The position numbers and the translations under genes are program-made. Under the pieces are notes generated by a model. The model was not told where the DNA came from. It did no database searches and saw only the letters and a program-made list of their open reading frames with translations. From Cenococcum geophilum (taxonomy: Eukaryota): a stretch of DNA of 64,000 bases. This document shows positions 1 through 12,689 of this stretch, piece after piece. Within the stretch, counting starts at the first letter, position 1, and each line of letters begins with the position of its first letter. Location of the stretch: the NCBI GenBank assembly GCA_050273025.1, contig CP158635.1:1-64000 (forward strand), in the 5' to 3' direction.

Positions 1-5
1 ACCTA

Positions 6-185
6 CCCTAACCCTAACCCTAACCCTAACCCTAACCCTAACCCTAACCCTAACCCTAACCCTAACCCTAACCCTAACCCTAACCCTAACCCTAACCCTA
101 ACCCTAACCCTAACCCTAACCCTAACCCTAACCCTAACCCTAACCCTAACCCTAACCCTAACCCTAACCCTAACCCTAACCCTAA
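6..185 (+). repeat. Telomeric repeat (CCCTAA)30, left chromosome end
   Basis: 30 perfect CCCTAA units at the start of the window; TTAGGG-type telomere typical of filamentous ascomycetes. Confidence 0.99.
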
Positions 186-320
186 CCCCGCTGCAATCCC
201 CTACCCTCCTTTACCCTTATTACTATCCCCATTACCCCCCTATCCTATACCTTTAATTCTTATCCCTATCACTACCTAATTTACTACTTTTTCCCTCTTT
301 CTCCCTTCTTACTCTCCTTG

Positions 321-472
321 TCCCGGTTACTACTACCGTCTTAGTTACCTGTCCCAATTACCCCGTCCTAATTACCCCGTCCTAATTACCTCGTCCTGGT
401 TACCCTATCTTGGTTACCTCGTCCTAGTTACCCCGTCCTAGTTACCCTGTCCCGGTTACCCCGTCCTAGTTA
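321..472 (+). repeat. 14-bp minisatellite (GTTACCCCGTCCYR), about 10 degenerate units
   Basis: Units such as ttaccccgtcctaa, gttaccccgtccta and gttaccctgtcccg repeat with 14-nt period. Confidence 0.9.
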
Positions 473-1074
473 ATATTATTTTACTTACTATTACTATTAT
501 TTAAATTACTACTAAATACTACTATCCTATAAATATATACCTATAATGCCCATTTTTCGGAAGCCTTCCGTAAATATCCCCTATTATCCTATAGCCGTTT
601 CCTTATAACTGCTAATATATAATATAATTATTAACCTAACTTATATTATCTTACTACTTAACTTACTTACTAACTCCCTATTATATACTCCTCCCTCTTC
701 TTTCCCTAACTAATACCTATATATATATATATTCTCTTTTCTTTATAACTTCTCCTTTTCTAACCTACTTTTTATAATTAACAGTAATCCTAATAAACTT
801 ATAAAACTTCTACATCTATAGAAAATATAATTATTAAATATTAAAAATATTAAGAAACTTTATCTTAACCGAATATACCTAAGCCTAAATTTAAAACATA
901 TTATAATATAATATATATAACTAATATACATAACATTATAAACGCCCTAGCAAAACCTAATCCGATACTATAACTTACTAATATAATCTAACCCCACCAA
1001 AAATTCTCTTTTTTTCGCCCCTATACTATAAAAACTAACTCTACTTCTACTCCACTTACTTAACACTTAGTAGA

Positions 1075-1620
1075 ATGCCTCCTTATACTTCCCATATTAG
1101 AAAACCTCAATATTTAACCTGTCGTAAGTCTTGGAATACTAGAAGAGACCCTATAAACCTCTATAACCTTGCAAAATCAATACCTGCTAATATATGGAAA
1201 CAATCTCTTACAGTTTAAGAAGAGCCCCTTGCTGCTAGCCTTCTACCTTCTGAAATCCATTATCTAGTTTCTGTAAAGGAGAAGAACGGAAGACCTTTAG
1301 TTTTATTAGCTAATGACCTTATAGATATCTTTAAGACTTGCACACTTAATAAGGAGAATTGTAAGAAATAGTAATATTACGTTGCTGTAGAGGAAGCCTT
1401 TAAACCTTGTAGAAGAATAATAAAGACCTAACTTTAAGCACGAAACTTTTTATACTGTAATTAGTACTAGAGTTAGAGTCAATTTAATGCTAGAATTGAT
1501 CGTTTCTTAATACCGTTATATTTTTTGCCTAAAGCATTAGTGTCCGATTACTTTTTGCCGCCACCCCTTCCCCTACTAATGTCCTATAACACTTAGACTA
1601 TGCGCGAACACCAGAATTAA
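1075..1620 (+). pseudogene. Possible RIP-degraded intron-containing gene, unknown product (copy 2 at about 29272-29817)
   Basis: ATG at 1075, GTAAGT at 1124, GCTAAT branch-like motif, CAG at 1211-1213; locally higher GC. No recognisable domain. Confidence 0.3.
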
Positions 1621-1899
1621 AATTATCTATATAGCTATGGAGCCTTAATCCCATTAATTCTATTACCTAGCTCTTATTAATAATACTAGGACGAAATCCA
1701 CTAGGGGAAGGGGTACTATAAGGGGCCATTTTTCGGAAGCCTTTCTAGAAATCCTCTACTTATAACCTTCTCTTCTGTAATAACCCCTTTATTACACTAT
1801 AGAATCTACTATCCTATAATTCCATCTTATATAGAGTATGCTACCTACCCTATTTCTACCTCTTATCAAAATCTACCACTAGTTGCCTTTAATCTTTGT

Positions 1900-2582
1900 T
1901 AATGCTTCCTAAATACCCTTGCTAATACTAATAGCTTCCTCCGAGTCTTTATTAGCTAGTAATGTCTGTACTCCTTTACTAATTGCTAATAACAGATCTA
2001 ATTGCTGACCTCCTATACCCTTATAGTATTGGTTCTTCTTACTTATCTATTATAATTTAGCACTTATAAATCTGATTTACTGGAACTTAATATAAACCCT
2101 AATATATACTTCTTGTCCTATATGCCATAGGACGTTAAACGGAGTTTTGTACATCCCTATTAAGATCCTATATTACTTAGTACACTACTATTATATTGTA
2201 ACCCTATACTAATAACGGAATTACCCGCTTCTGCAGCTCCTCAACTTCGCTAACCTATGCTTTATCTTTGGCGAGTTCCTCCAGTATCCGGCTCTTAGCT
2301 TTAAGAAGTACTCTATTAACTATAAATCGATTTATAATACTCTTTGTCATCGGTACTAGCGATTCGGGCATCTATATATATTAGTATATATTGGAACCAT
2401 ATAATATAGCTATCTTATACCTAAAAGCATTCATTTTTGTCTTAAAGGTATAAGCAACATAGTTAAGCGCTATTGGTAAGATTAAGGTCGAAGTATTTAT
2501 AGCTTTCTACGCTGACAAATGTGCACTAGTTAGGAATACGATCGACCTAGAACGCTTTAAATGCTATTATTAAGCATGCCAT
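1900..2582 (-). pseudogene. Possible RIP-degraded multi-exon gene, unknown product
   Basis: Minus-strand GTAAG donor-like and CTAAT branch-like motifs with higher-GC exon-like blocks; boundaries approximate. Confidence 0.25.
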
Positions 2583-2963
2583 GCATATATTAGCGTTTGG
2601 CTTTGCCTTTAAGATTGCATCATTACGTCGTTGTTTAAGGATGTTAAGGAATGCCGGGTCGGGCCTTTGAGCGAGTAGGGCTGAGAGCAGTATCTATGGC
2701 ATCCCGAAATTGAAATTAATAAAGGATGCTTAGAATAGAGTTAAATTTAATATTTGGGTTCTATTCCGTGACAAGCTTTTAGAAGTTTAGGATTTTGATT
2801 AAAAAAAAAAAATTTTATATACTTTAGATTATATAAGCGATCCATTACATAATTTAAATCTAATTATTATCCTTTAAAACTACCTTACTGCTAATAATAC
2901 TATATCGCTATATTTTATATTACACTTCTCTAAACTATATCCCCTTTTTTAAAATCCCTAAAT

Positions 2964-4932
2964 AAAAATATATATATTATAGAACTTATCCATAATACCT
3001 CTTTTTCTACTACTTTATACCTATTAATCTATTTTCTACTATTTTCTAAACTATATTGTACTAACCTACTATTAGAACTTACCTATTACATATTTTAAAT
3101 ATAACCACCCTTTTTAGAATACTTTGGTCCAATATATACTATATTTTATTTCCTAGTATACTACCTATAGACATTTTTAGGAAGCCTTTCTAAAAACTCC
3201 CTTTAATCTATGTTATATAATATATTAATCCATTATAATATACTACCATTTATTTCCACTTTATAGAGACATCTTTATTATAATACGATATATCCAATTA
3301 CTCTATAAACCCGATCACCAATTTTGAATTGATATTGGATATCTCTAATACCTAACTTAAGAAGTCCTCTATATACAATTTGAAACCATTAACCCTATAT
3401 CTAAAGAAGTAAACTTAGAGTTACTCTAACTTAAACCTATCTACCGCAGCCTCCAGCTCTGCACTAGCCGCTTTATACTGTTTAGACTTATGCCTAGAAA
3501 GTAATGTCCTAACCCCTTCTATAAGTGCAACTATTAGCGCCGCTTTATTAACTGCTGTAGTATTAGGGTAACTATCGCCAAACTCCTTATAGATATCCTA
3601 ATAAATATTAGTTTACTAAGCCAGTATAGCTTAGGATTAATAACCGACCATAGTAGCATTTATATAAGGTTTGGTCTCAGCTTTATTATTAATAAAGGAC
3701 GTAGCGCTAGAGTGCAACATAATTTGAGAACCGGGTCCATATTTTTTAATAGACATACTATATTAGTTATTATAATGTTAGGGTTATAATATATGGTGGA
3801 CTTACGTTCGCATTAGAGCTAGTGCTAGTTCTTTAGTCTTATAGCGCCACTCATTATTAGCCCATAGTTTAGGGTGTATATTGGCTCTAGCTAAGGGTAG
3901 CTTCCTATTAATAAGTAATCTGCCTATTACGGCCTTTACGGTATTGGCATGCTTTTTAGGGACCTATTTATTATAAGTTAGAGTAGTAAAGTGTATATTA
4001 GTATAAACTTACTTAATAGTAGTTGTTGTCTAGAATAAAGCAATTGATGTATTGTCGATAGGGATAGTTGGGGTCAGTAAAGAAACGGACTTAATCCTTA
4101 TGTATAAAGTTGCACCATATAGGATTAAGGCCATATACAACCTTTTCCAGTGCACGAATTGTGCAGCCTAGACATAGATTAGAATTAGGCTTAGTATAAT
4201 TAATAGTATAGACGCGTACATGTGCAAGTGTTAGATCACAATTCTATAGGTAGTTCATTTTCGCAAGATTTTCAATAGCTGGTAGATAGAAATTTAGAAG
4301 GTAGAATTTGGAAAATGGAAATTAAATTAAGTTGTTAAGGGAATAGAAGTTTAGCTTTAAATCTAGAAAAACAAATATTAATATAGTATGATTATATAAG
4401 CTCTGACTAACTATTTTTTATAATTTTTATAATTTAAATTTTATATCTATTCTTCTAAGTCCATTTTACTTTAGGAAAGAATAAATTATTTTTACTAATA
4501 AAGGATCTAACTAAGTAAGGCATATAGTTAATCATTAGTTTATAAAACAATAGTATAGGTAAGAAAGGTATGGCCTATAACTAAGGTACTAAAAACACTT
4601 CTAGAAAGCCTTTAGATAAATATCTAAGTAGTAGCTATAGTAAAATAAAAGAAAGACGAACTACATATAATATAGGTATAATACTTAATTTTATAGATAG
4701 CTAGGTATAAGTAGTAAAGGATAAGTTAAGGAAGAAAGAGGTAGTTAGAGTAGTAATTAGGTTTGATAATATAAGATAATATTTAGGGAGAGATCCTTTA
4801 ATAGATATTAAATTTAAAATATGCAATAGGTAAGTTCTAATAGTAGGGAGGTAGAATATAGTTAAAATAGAAAATAGATAGAAAGTAGTGGAAATAGGTA
4901 TTATAGGTAAGTTCTACAATATAGATATTTTT
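2964..4932. repeat. Segment bounded by ~125-135 bp imperfect inverted repeats (2964-3100 and 4812-4932)
   Basis: cctactattagaacttacctattacatattttaaat in the left arm pairs with atttaaaatatgcaataggtaagttctaatagtagg in the right arm. Also present in copy 2 (about 31160-32823). Confidence 0.8.
3280..4258 (-). pseudogene. RIP-degraded multi-exon gene of unknown function
   Basis: ATG at 4258; canonical introns 4219-4168 (GTACGC..CTAAT..TAG) and 4012-3964 (GTAAGT..CTAAC..TAG), third donor near 3805; 3' end approximate. The 5' part is deleted in copy 2. Confidence 0.55.
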
Positions 4933-5039
4933 AGAAAGGCTTCCTAAAAAGTATATATAGTAAAGGGAACTTTAGAAAGGTTAACAGTATTACGTAGCTA
5001 ATAAAATTCTAGTAAGGATCTAAATATAGAGTAACTATA

Positions 5040-5830
5040 ATATATTAATATATTTAGTGTCAATAATAGCACGTAGGCTGTTAGCATTAACGTTCCTTAT
5101 TATAATAATGCAGTGACCTTTAGGGATAATAGCTGTGCGGTCTATAATTAGCTGACCTAAAGTGGCGTTATATAGGCTAATATGTAGTAGGTTTCTAAAG
5201 ACCTTACTAGGCGTATAAAGTTAAAGGAAGCTACTTTACTGCGTACCGTCGTCGAGGGTATCCAGGCTTTACTTATACAGCGCTAGTCTAGTAAGGCCTA
5301 TACTACCCGCGAGAAGCTTAAGGACGTAATTGTTAACGCTTAAATGAATAAATATGTATAGCCCTAAACAAGTCCTTCTAAGACAAGAACAGTGGCTGGG
5401 ATGTGGAAGATAGTAATGGTCGAGTGTAATAGTAACAAATGGTCGTGGTCCTAGATACTGTAATGTTTGTAGGCTTTACTCTAGGTAATAGGCCAGATTA
5501 GTACAGCATATGCTTATACATCTCTCTATACCCGGTAGTACAGCTAAATGGTTAACATCTGCTTGGATAGCATTGCCGCGATAACGCTAGGGAGCTTTTT
5601 AGAAAGCCTTCCAGAATATGCCTATAAGCGTCAGTTATAAAGTAACGGATATATACTGTAGATACCGACATAGTATAGAAGTACGTAAGTATAATGGCTA
5701 GTTAACGTAAGCTGCTAATAACAGACAAATGTTTTTTATAGTATATTAAGTGCATAAGACGAAATAGGTATTACTTACACAGTTATTAATTAAGGTAGAA
5801 GTCTTCGTATTGCTAACTACCTCTTCTGCA
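5040..5830 (-). pseudogene. Possible RIP-degraded gene, unknown product
   Basis: GC-richer block with a Cys/His-rich minus frame (LDHYYLPHPSHCSCLRRTC) and a GTAAGT donor near 5777; boundaries approximate. Confidence 0.3.
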
Positions 5831-6493
5831 TAGGGGGGCTAGTAGTAGTGATAACTAAAGTCTAAGTAGGGATATACGCTAGTGAATAAGTGCTAGAGCA
5901 CGGATTAGTTGGTGCTTTATTAGGAGCCTTTCGCAAAAGGATCTTAGCCAACGCTACTAGGAGTAAATAGGTCTGTTAGTTAACCGAGCAATTTTGAGGT
6001 CCTAGAGGTATTAGCACTAGATGCCGGAGTAAGAAAGTAGAAAAGCAAGAAAGTAAGATAGGGAAGTGAAAAAGGAAATATTTAGACGGTGCACCGTCAA
6101 AAGGGAATATAAAAGGATGGCCGTTAGAACGACACCTAAGAGATCCAACCGGAGTAAGAAAGAAATGCAAGAAGCCTTTCTAAAAAGCTGACTAGAGGCT
6201 GTTACGGTTATCTATAAGGAGGCAATAAGACTAAAAATCCGGCGCGCCAATGCTAGCGGTTAGTGTAAGAGCGAAGCCAAGAGTGGGCCAACGGGAAATC
6301 AGCGTCTAAGTGGGAAGATAGTAATACCAACCCTATTAAAGAAAGATGCTTAGTGGAAACCTAATCCAGGCAGGGATTCCAGTGGTAGAGAATATAGGAA
6401 ATTGTAAAGACTTATAAAAATACCAATATGGACTTATCTAGGAAGCCTTCCAATAAAAGTCTAACCGGTAATTGCGGTATTGGGCAAGTAGGA

Positions 6494-9400
6494 CTATACG
6501 TACTTATTATTAGGGGCGGTCATTCTACTAATGTTTAGGTCGACCTTGGCGCGCTTCCGTAGGTTTTTGCTAGAGGATACCGTAGTAGTAGCAGAAGCAG
6601 CGGGCCCGGTGTTTTGCTGCTTGGCCCGTAATGTTTTTAGTTTATTAGCTTTAGTCTTAATAACAGGCGCCTTCTTAGCTCGCACCTTAGGGCCGGCAGC
6701 CTTAATAGGTTTTTTGCCTGCTACGCGCGAGCGTGTCTTCCGTGTAGCTGTTACAGGCGCCGCACCGGTATCAGAACCTATATCTTCGTCGTCTTCAACC
6801 TTACTAGGCGTAGCCTTACGCTTGCGTCTTAATGCTCTTAGCTTACGCTTAGGACGTTCATCCTCATCGTCTTCTATTTCCGATTGGACTTCCGGATTAG
6901 ATTCTACGGTTAGATAGAGGTTTTCCTAGAAGGCTTTACTAAAACCTCTATATTAGACAGCCCGGCGGCCGCGTTAAGTTATAAAGAATTGGATTAGAAC
7001 TTCCTTAGGTTTAAGTAAGGGTTTGTCCAGCAGCTCTTATAGGATGTTAGGATTTAATAAATGCTATAGTTTCCCTTCGTCGTCCAGGTGGAAACCTTTT
7101 AGGGATATTAAATTAAGGACGTTCTCTAGCCCGGGCGTTATATAATCATATACATAGGTTTTAGAAACTTAATCTTTATCAATTATAGCCATTAAACCAG
7201 GAAGGGCGCGAAGGATCTAGGTATTTACTACCTTTTTATTAAACGTCCGCCGTACGTAGTATTTGACAACTATAACCTTACGGGGCTATCCCAATCGATA
7301 CGTGCGCCCGATTGCTTGCTTCTACGCGTTTACGCTAGGCGCCAGGTCAAATAGGTAGACATTATAGCAGCTTTGCTACAAGTTTAGACCGGCACCGTTT
7401 GCTATATAGCTAGCAATTAGGACCTAGCAGACGTCCGGCAAGTTGAAATTTTTGATAAGATTGGATTTCTGGCCCTAAGTGAGGTCGGAGGCCAGCACGC
7501 GGGTATTGATGCTAAAAGACATAAATATCTCGCGGATAATCAGCTACTCCAGCGGGTATAGCAACCAGACAATTGCCTTTTCCTTATATTTAACAACCTA
7601 GTCGGCTATATTAGCGACTAGGGCGCTTAACTAGGATAAGTGTTATAGGACAGCCCCGATAAGCGGTAGAATATTAGACGCCAGTAGGACGTTATACGGC
7701 TATATAGCCGCGGGAAGCTCTGGGGACTTCGCTATTTATTTAAGAATGGTATAGATTATATAAGGGTTCTTTAACCAGCCCTTCTTGCTCTTCTTGGGTG
7801 GATTTATAGCCGAGTAAAAGAGCGCCAGTATAGGCTAAGTAGACATCAGCACGAGCGCGTAGTAGCTGTTAGCGTTTATAACAACGCGACTATCCCCCAT
7901 ACAAGTAGTATTCGTCGCTATAAGCTTTTTAAGGAAGGCTTCCGCGAATGTGTTATAGACAGCTTAAGCCGTCGGCGGATTGTTAAGGTTAAGAACGATG
8001 CTTTTATAGCGAGGGAGCGCCTAGCCGATTATATTTTGGGTGGAACTAATAGAATAGGATGACGTGTACCGCCGACATATAAGATATTGCGACCAAATCT
8101 ACTCAAGCCTACGGCCCTGCTTAATGCTATCCTCTAGGCTAAGGACAAACGCAGCGAATAACGCTAAGGTTAGTCGCAGTATAGCTGCCAAGTGATTGTC
8201 CGCCACCTTAAAGGGGTCGTCGTTCTTCTTAAAGACGGCGCCATTAGAAGTTCTAATTAGGAAGTTAAGCTTTAGTCAAAGCTCGATTAGCGCCGCTAGG
8301 CCGAAGTTATCCCTAATACCCGTAAATAGCGGGGTAGCGCTATAGAGCACGGTAAAAGGACAATCTATAAACTTAATAGCAATATGCGCTAGGGAATCGT
8401 TATTCCTTACGTGATAAGCTTTATTAAGTAGAATGCTATGCTATTGACCTAAAAGATCCCTGGGCTATTTCCTGTCTAGTGTCTTAAACTAGTTGACGGG
8501 CTAATGTACCAACCCCCTCGCCTTAAACGTCGCCCTATAGGTTTTCTTACGCCACTTCTTAAGTGCGCTCGGGCCGTGACGTGATGCGATAGTGCTATAC
8601 GTACTGATAACGACAACGCGTGCGTTAGCGCAATCGCCATTAAACAGTTCGTGCTTCTATATAAGGATTTCGTTTCGACACTAGACATTGGCAGCGGCGG
8701 ATTTTTGGGTCGACGATTTATTATAATACACCTGGATATTAAAGACGGGTAAGAATCGCTGCAGCTCTTCAATCCACTGTTTAATAAGCATAAGCGGGAC
8801 GACCACTAGGAATGGCTTTACTGGACCGATTGCTTTAAGCGTAGCGGCGTTACGTTTTTTAGTGGCGTGGCGGAACGCCTTTTTCTACTCATTAATTATC
8901 TAAGAGCCAGTTAGCAAACAAGAACAATTTTAGGAAGCCTTCTAGAAAGTCTCCTTTAGTATAGGTAGTAGTAGCGACTTATATGCAATATGTAGCCAAC
9001 AAGCTAAAAAGTCTTGCCTAGACCGACAATATCCGCTAGTATTATTCCCCATATCTTCCCGTACTCGCGTGCGTCTATGATAGCATTTATCCCAATAAGC
9101 TGCCACTAGCAGAGTGGTATTAATAATGACTGGCGAAGGAGACAGGGTTTGCGTCGATCTTTAATCTAAAGGTTTCGCATAGACTCTTTAATATTGTCCC
9201 ATTAGTATTTAGCGTTATTTATTAGCTTACTTAGCTCGGCCAGGTTTTTAAGATCCTTTACCGTAGGCTGGCCCATACAAACTATATCGTCGGCCCTATT
9301 AAGGTCTTTATTGTCGTTGTCTTCCTTAGTGGCGTCGTCCTCTACAACCTATGCCCAGCCGTCTACTATACCCAACCCATCCATCCTTGCGGCCGCGGCG

Positions 9401-10683
9401 TTGTCAAGTCCTGACTGCATCCGCTTAGTAATAGCTATTACTTTGTAATACGTCTTCGTAAGCTGGCATATATAGGCATATTACTAGTATCGGTATTTAT
9501 AGTTTACTATTTAGCGAAACTTAGGGGGTAGCTTAAGCTTTATTAACCCGCGGACGTAGTCATCATTATTATCGCCTATATTGAATATTGCCGGACTAAC
9601 GGCTATATCCTTAATTATCAATTACGGGTCTACCATGTCCAGTTCTTCTTTATTATAGTTATCGTTACTGTCCGCCAGCAAGGCATTACTAAAGGTACCG
9701 CTTAGGTTTTTGTTGGAAGGCTTCCTAGAAGTCTTCTTCCCGGCGCGCGATCGCCTCTTACCTAGGGTATTGTTTTCTAAACCCTTAAGCTTGCGCTTAT
9801 TTGCTTTATGCTTGCGTTTTACAACCCTAGAAGGAGCATTATATATATTGGCGCGCTTAAGAATTAACCAGATGCGCTAGTTGGCCATATCCTCGGTTAG
9901 GCCTTTACCAAAGAGAAATCCTCCTTTCCTAAAGTAGAAGGTTTGTCTTATTTTGTATAGAAAATTGGCGTAGTAGTCGATAGAGCTCTATTTGTCCTAT
10001 TCTCTTAACTAGGGATTGGAGAACTTCTAGTTGCCGTGACACTCTCCTATAGACAGTGTATGGACGACCGTTTTTAGGTCAAATATACGGGGCCGAGGTT
10101 TCTGCGTGCGTATAGATACCTTATAAGCTAGCTAGAAGACGGCTTTGTCGATAGCCTTAAATATAGACATAAATGGTTTGTTCTCCATAATATAGCTTAG
10201 TTCTTAGGCGGAGAGATCGCAGAAGTTAGCCAGTTTGGGTAAGCTTCTAGCGATATTAGCGTCCTTACCCTCTTTAGTGTCTAGTGCTTTTACTACGGTT
10301 TTAATATCCTTTGGGTTAAAATCCCAAAGGGAGTCTGCGCTGTCCGCATCCAAATCAGTAGGGTTAGTAGCCGCCGCGTCACCGCCTACAGTGATTGCTC
10401 TAGCAGCATCTATTGTTGAATTGTTGATGCCGCCGAGTGCCTTGTTAAAATCCCGCTGTAGGTCTGACGGCGGCGCGAAAAGAGAGCGTGCTAGTAATAG
10501 TAATGACGTTGCGGTTTTAGGTAGAGGACTATTTGCGGAAGGTTTTTGTAAATGTTCCTCTGGCGGTAACGTGCTTAACGCTATTAAGGGAGCCACCAGG
10601 CTTACGTATTTATTCTTGGTAGTAGGCATAGCCGTATTGGGATTACGGGGCGAGTTAACACCGTCCGCTGGGTTATTATCCAT
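6494..10683 (-). pseudogene. SNF2-family (SF2) ATPase/helicase, RIP-inactivated, copy 1
   Basis: Motifs read by eye: GIILADIVGLGKT (about 9010-9050), KPFLVVVPLMLIKQWIEE, ILLNKAYHVRN (RIP form of DEAH), SATP, GAGLNL, QAIGRTYRLG. Intron 8982-8900. ORFs 10204-10683 and 6494-6685 are the in-frame N- and C-terminal parts; true 3' end uncertain. Confidence 0.9.
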
Positions 10684-11593
10684 CTTAATTAACTAAGTAT
10701 AATTTAACTAACTTTACGGCTTAATCTGTCCACGGTTAGTATTGCGCGCAGCCTTAATAATAAAAAAAAAGGCAAGGGTTTAGTGAGACTTATAAGAGGA
10801 AATCTGGAAAGGCTTCTAAAAAAGACCAAAGTGGCTAGAGCAGATGCGGCACAAAGCTGCCTAGACGCGTATTAGGCTAAAAGTATAGTATTAGCAGTAT
10901 AAACGGTTACTTAAATAATAGAATCTAAAATCTAAAATCTAAAATCCAAAATGCTGGGTTGGGAATAGCTAAATTGGTTAACTTAAAGAATGCGAATTTA
11001 AGTTGAAAGTGGTTAAAGATTTAGAAGTTTAGGTTTGTGGACCTCTTAAGATTCTAATTTAGACTAGCGAGCTTATATAATCGCCAAGCCTTTAACTTTT
11101 TTATTTATTTAAGTTGTAAATTTTTACAAATATACCGTGTAAATTAGGCGTGGGATTGCGATGTTTATATATAAATGTTGCGCTATACGCTCATAAAGTA
11201 GTTTAGCGAAAATCCTGGGGTTACGCGCTAGCCTATTCGCGTAACACGCAACACTTAGGCCTGCGCGCCTTATAGACTTTTAGGAACTTCACTTTATATA
11301 CGCCTTTATTGGATGACGTTATATACTAGGACTATTTCTTAGAAGGCTTTCTAAATATTGCCTTATATATTGCTACCTAGTAAGTGCTTAGTTAAGGTTT
11401 ATAAAAGCATCCGTATTTTCTATAAGTTGCGCTATAGTAAGGAATAGTAGAACGGATTCCTCTTAAGCATTACCACCGCCTAGATCTCCTATTGGTTGCT
11501 GCTTGGCTGGGCTATAATAGCGTACGTGGCCGAAGCTTATAATAGCCGAGCAATTTCCCCACACTCTAACCCCTAAAATCCTTAGACCGCATA

Positions 11594-12073
11594 ATGTTAA
11601 ACACCCCTAGTGCTAAACCCCCTAGTGCTAAACACTAGCCAAAACGTATAATTCTCAGACTTCGAGTAAACGAATTTACCGGTCGGGACTATTCCGAGTA
11701 CATCGATGCTATTAAGGCATATCTCGCCTTTACAGGACGTTTAACCAATAATTTAGAATTCTGGAAACACCACACCTATATTAAGCCGTTTTAAGCCCTA
11801 GATATAAACTAGATCTCATTCCATATTACTATAAATATGGAAAAAGACACGCCTAACCCCCTAACTATCTAGGAGCTACTACATAAGATATATCGCGTCC
11901 GTCGTAATAAGGAGGGAAAGTTATAAGGCCAGTATTCCCTCTTCTATAAATTAGCTAACTTAGTATATAGCCAAGTAAAACGAATTCAGAACGTTATTAA
12001 GGAAATGAATTACCTAACTCGGATACGCAAGTATAGTGATGTTTTATACCCTTAGGCAAAGCAACCATATTAA
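11594..12073 (+). pseudogene. Small (~140 aa) one-intron hypothetical gene, paralogue 1
   Basis: MLNTPSAK..PKRIILRLRVNEFTGRDYSEYIDAIKAYLAF..ELLHKIYRVRRNKEGK [intron with GCTAAC..TAG] QVKRIQN..RIRKYSDVLYP(W)AKQPY*. All internal stops are TAG/TAA. Confidence 0.75.
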
Positions 12074-12689
12074 AGGTTAAATTCGGATTTTAGACCAGTT
12101 TTGGCCTTATTCTAGAACCTATCTAAACCACTTATATTATTAGGGCAAAGTAATAGATTAATATTGTACTACGGTTGGGCCGCTAGCTAGGGGGACTTTT
12201 AGAAAGGCTTCTAAAAAACTGCCTTAATTTGCTATCTACTCTCTATATTACTGTTTACCTTTACCATCTATAATACCATTTCAGACCTTTATTAAGGTAG
12301 CAATCCCTCAGCTTAGCTAACGCCTTAATGGCTAGCCTATGTTTTTTTAAAATAAGTAGTACTTCCTTACCCCTAATGCCATATGGTCCAGTGTCGTATA
12401 ATGCTACTAAGGTAGCGCCTTATCGGGCAGCAGTGATACAAACTGTTTATATAGTGCGGCCTTAGTCCTTATAAGCACCCTACTAAGGCCATACTATCCT
12501 TCTTAATGCCGCCTAAATCTCACTCTAATTTGTTCTCTTTAAAATGTATAAGCAACGTTGCTATTATTACTAGGATTATGGTTATCTCTATCCCTATTAT
12601 TACATTAGATGTTTAGTGGCTCTCACACGCCCTAACTAAGAAGTTTGTGTGCCTGTAAGTGGATTATATATTAACCTTCTTATTATATG

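Noticed and set aside
321..472. Repeat array as CRISPR
   Set aside because: Contiguous 14-mers without unique spacers, in a eukaryotic telomeric context.
6531..6917. 128-aa plus-strand ORF (and 34422-34778) with hydrophobic stretches
   Set aside because: Antisense shadow of the Lys/Arg-rich SNF2 C-terminus.
10235..10696. 153-aa plus-strand ORF
   Set aside because: Antisense to the SNF2 N-terminal frame 10204-10683.
10922..10951. (AAAATCT)4 short tandem repeat upstream of SNF2
   Set aside because: Simple low-complexity repeat with no evidence of function; not telomeric.
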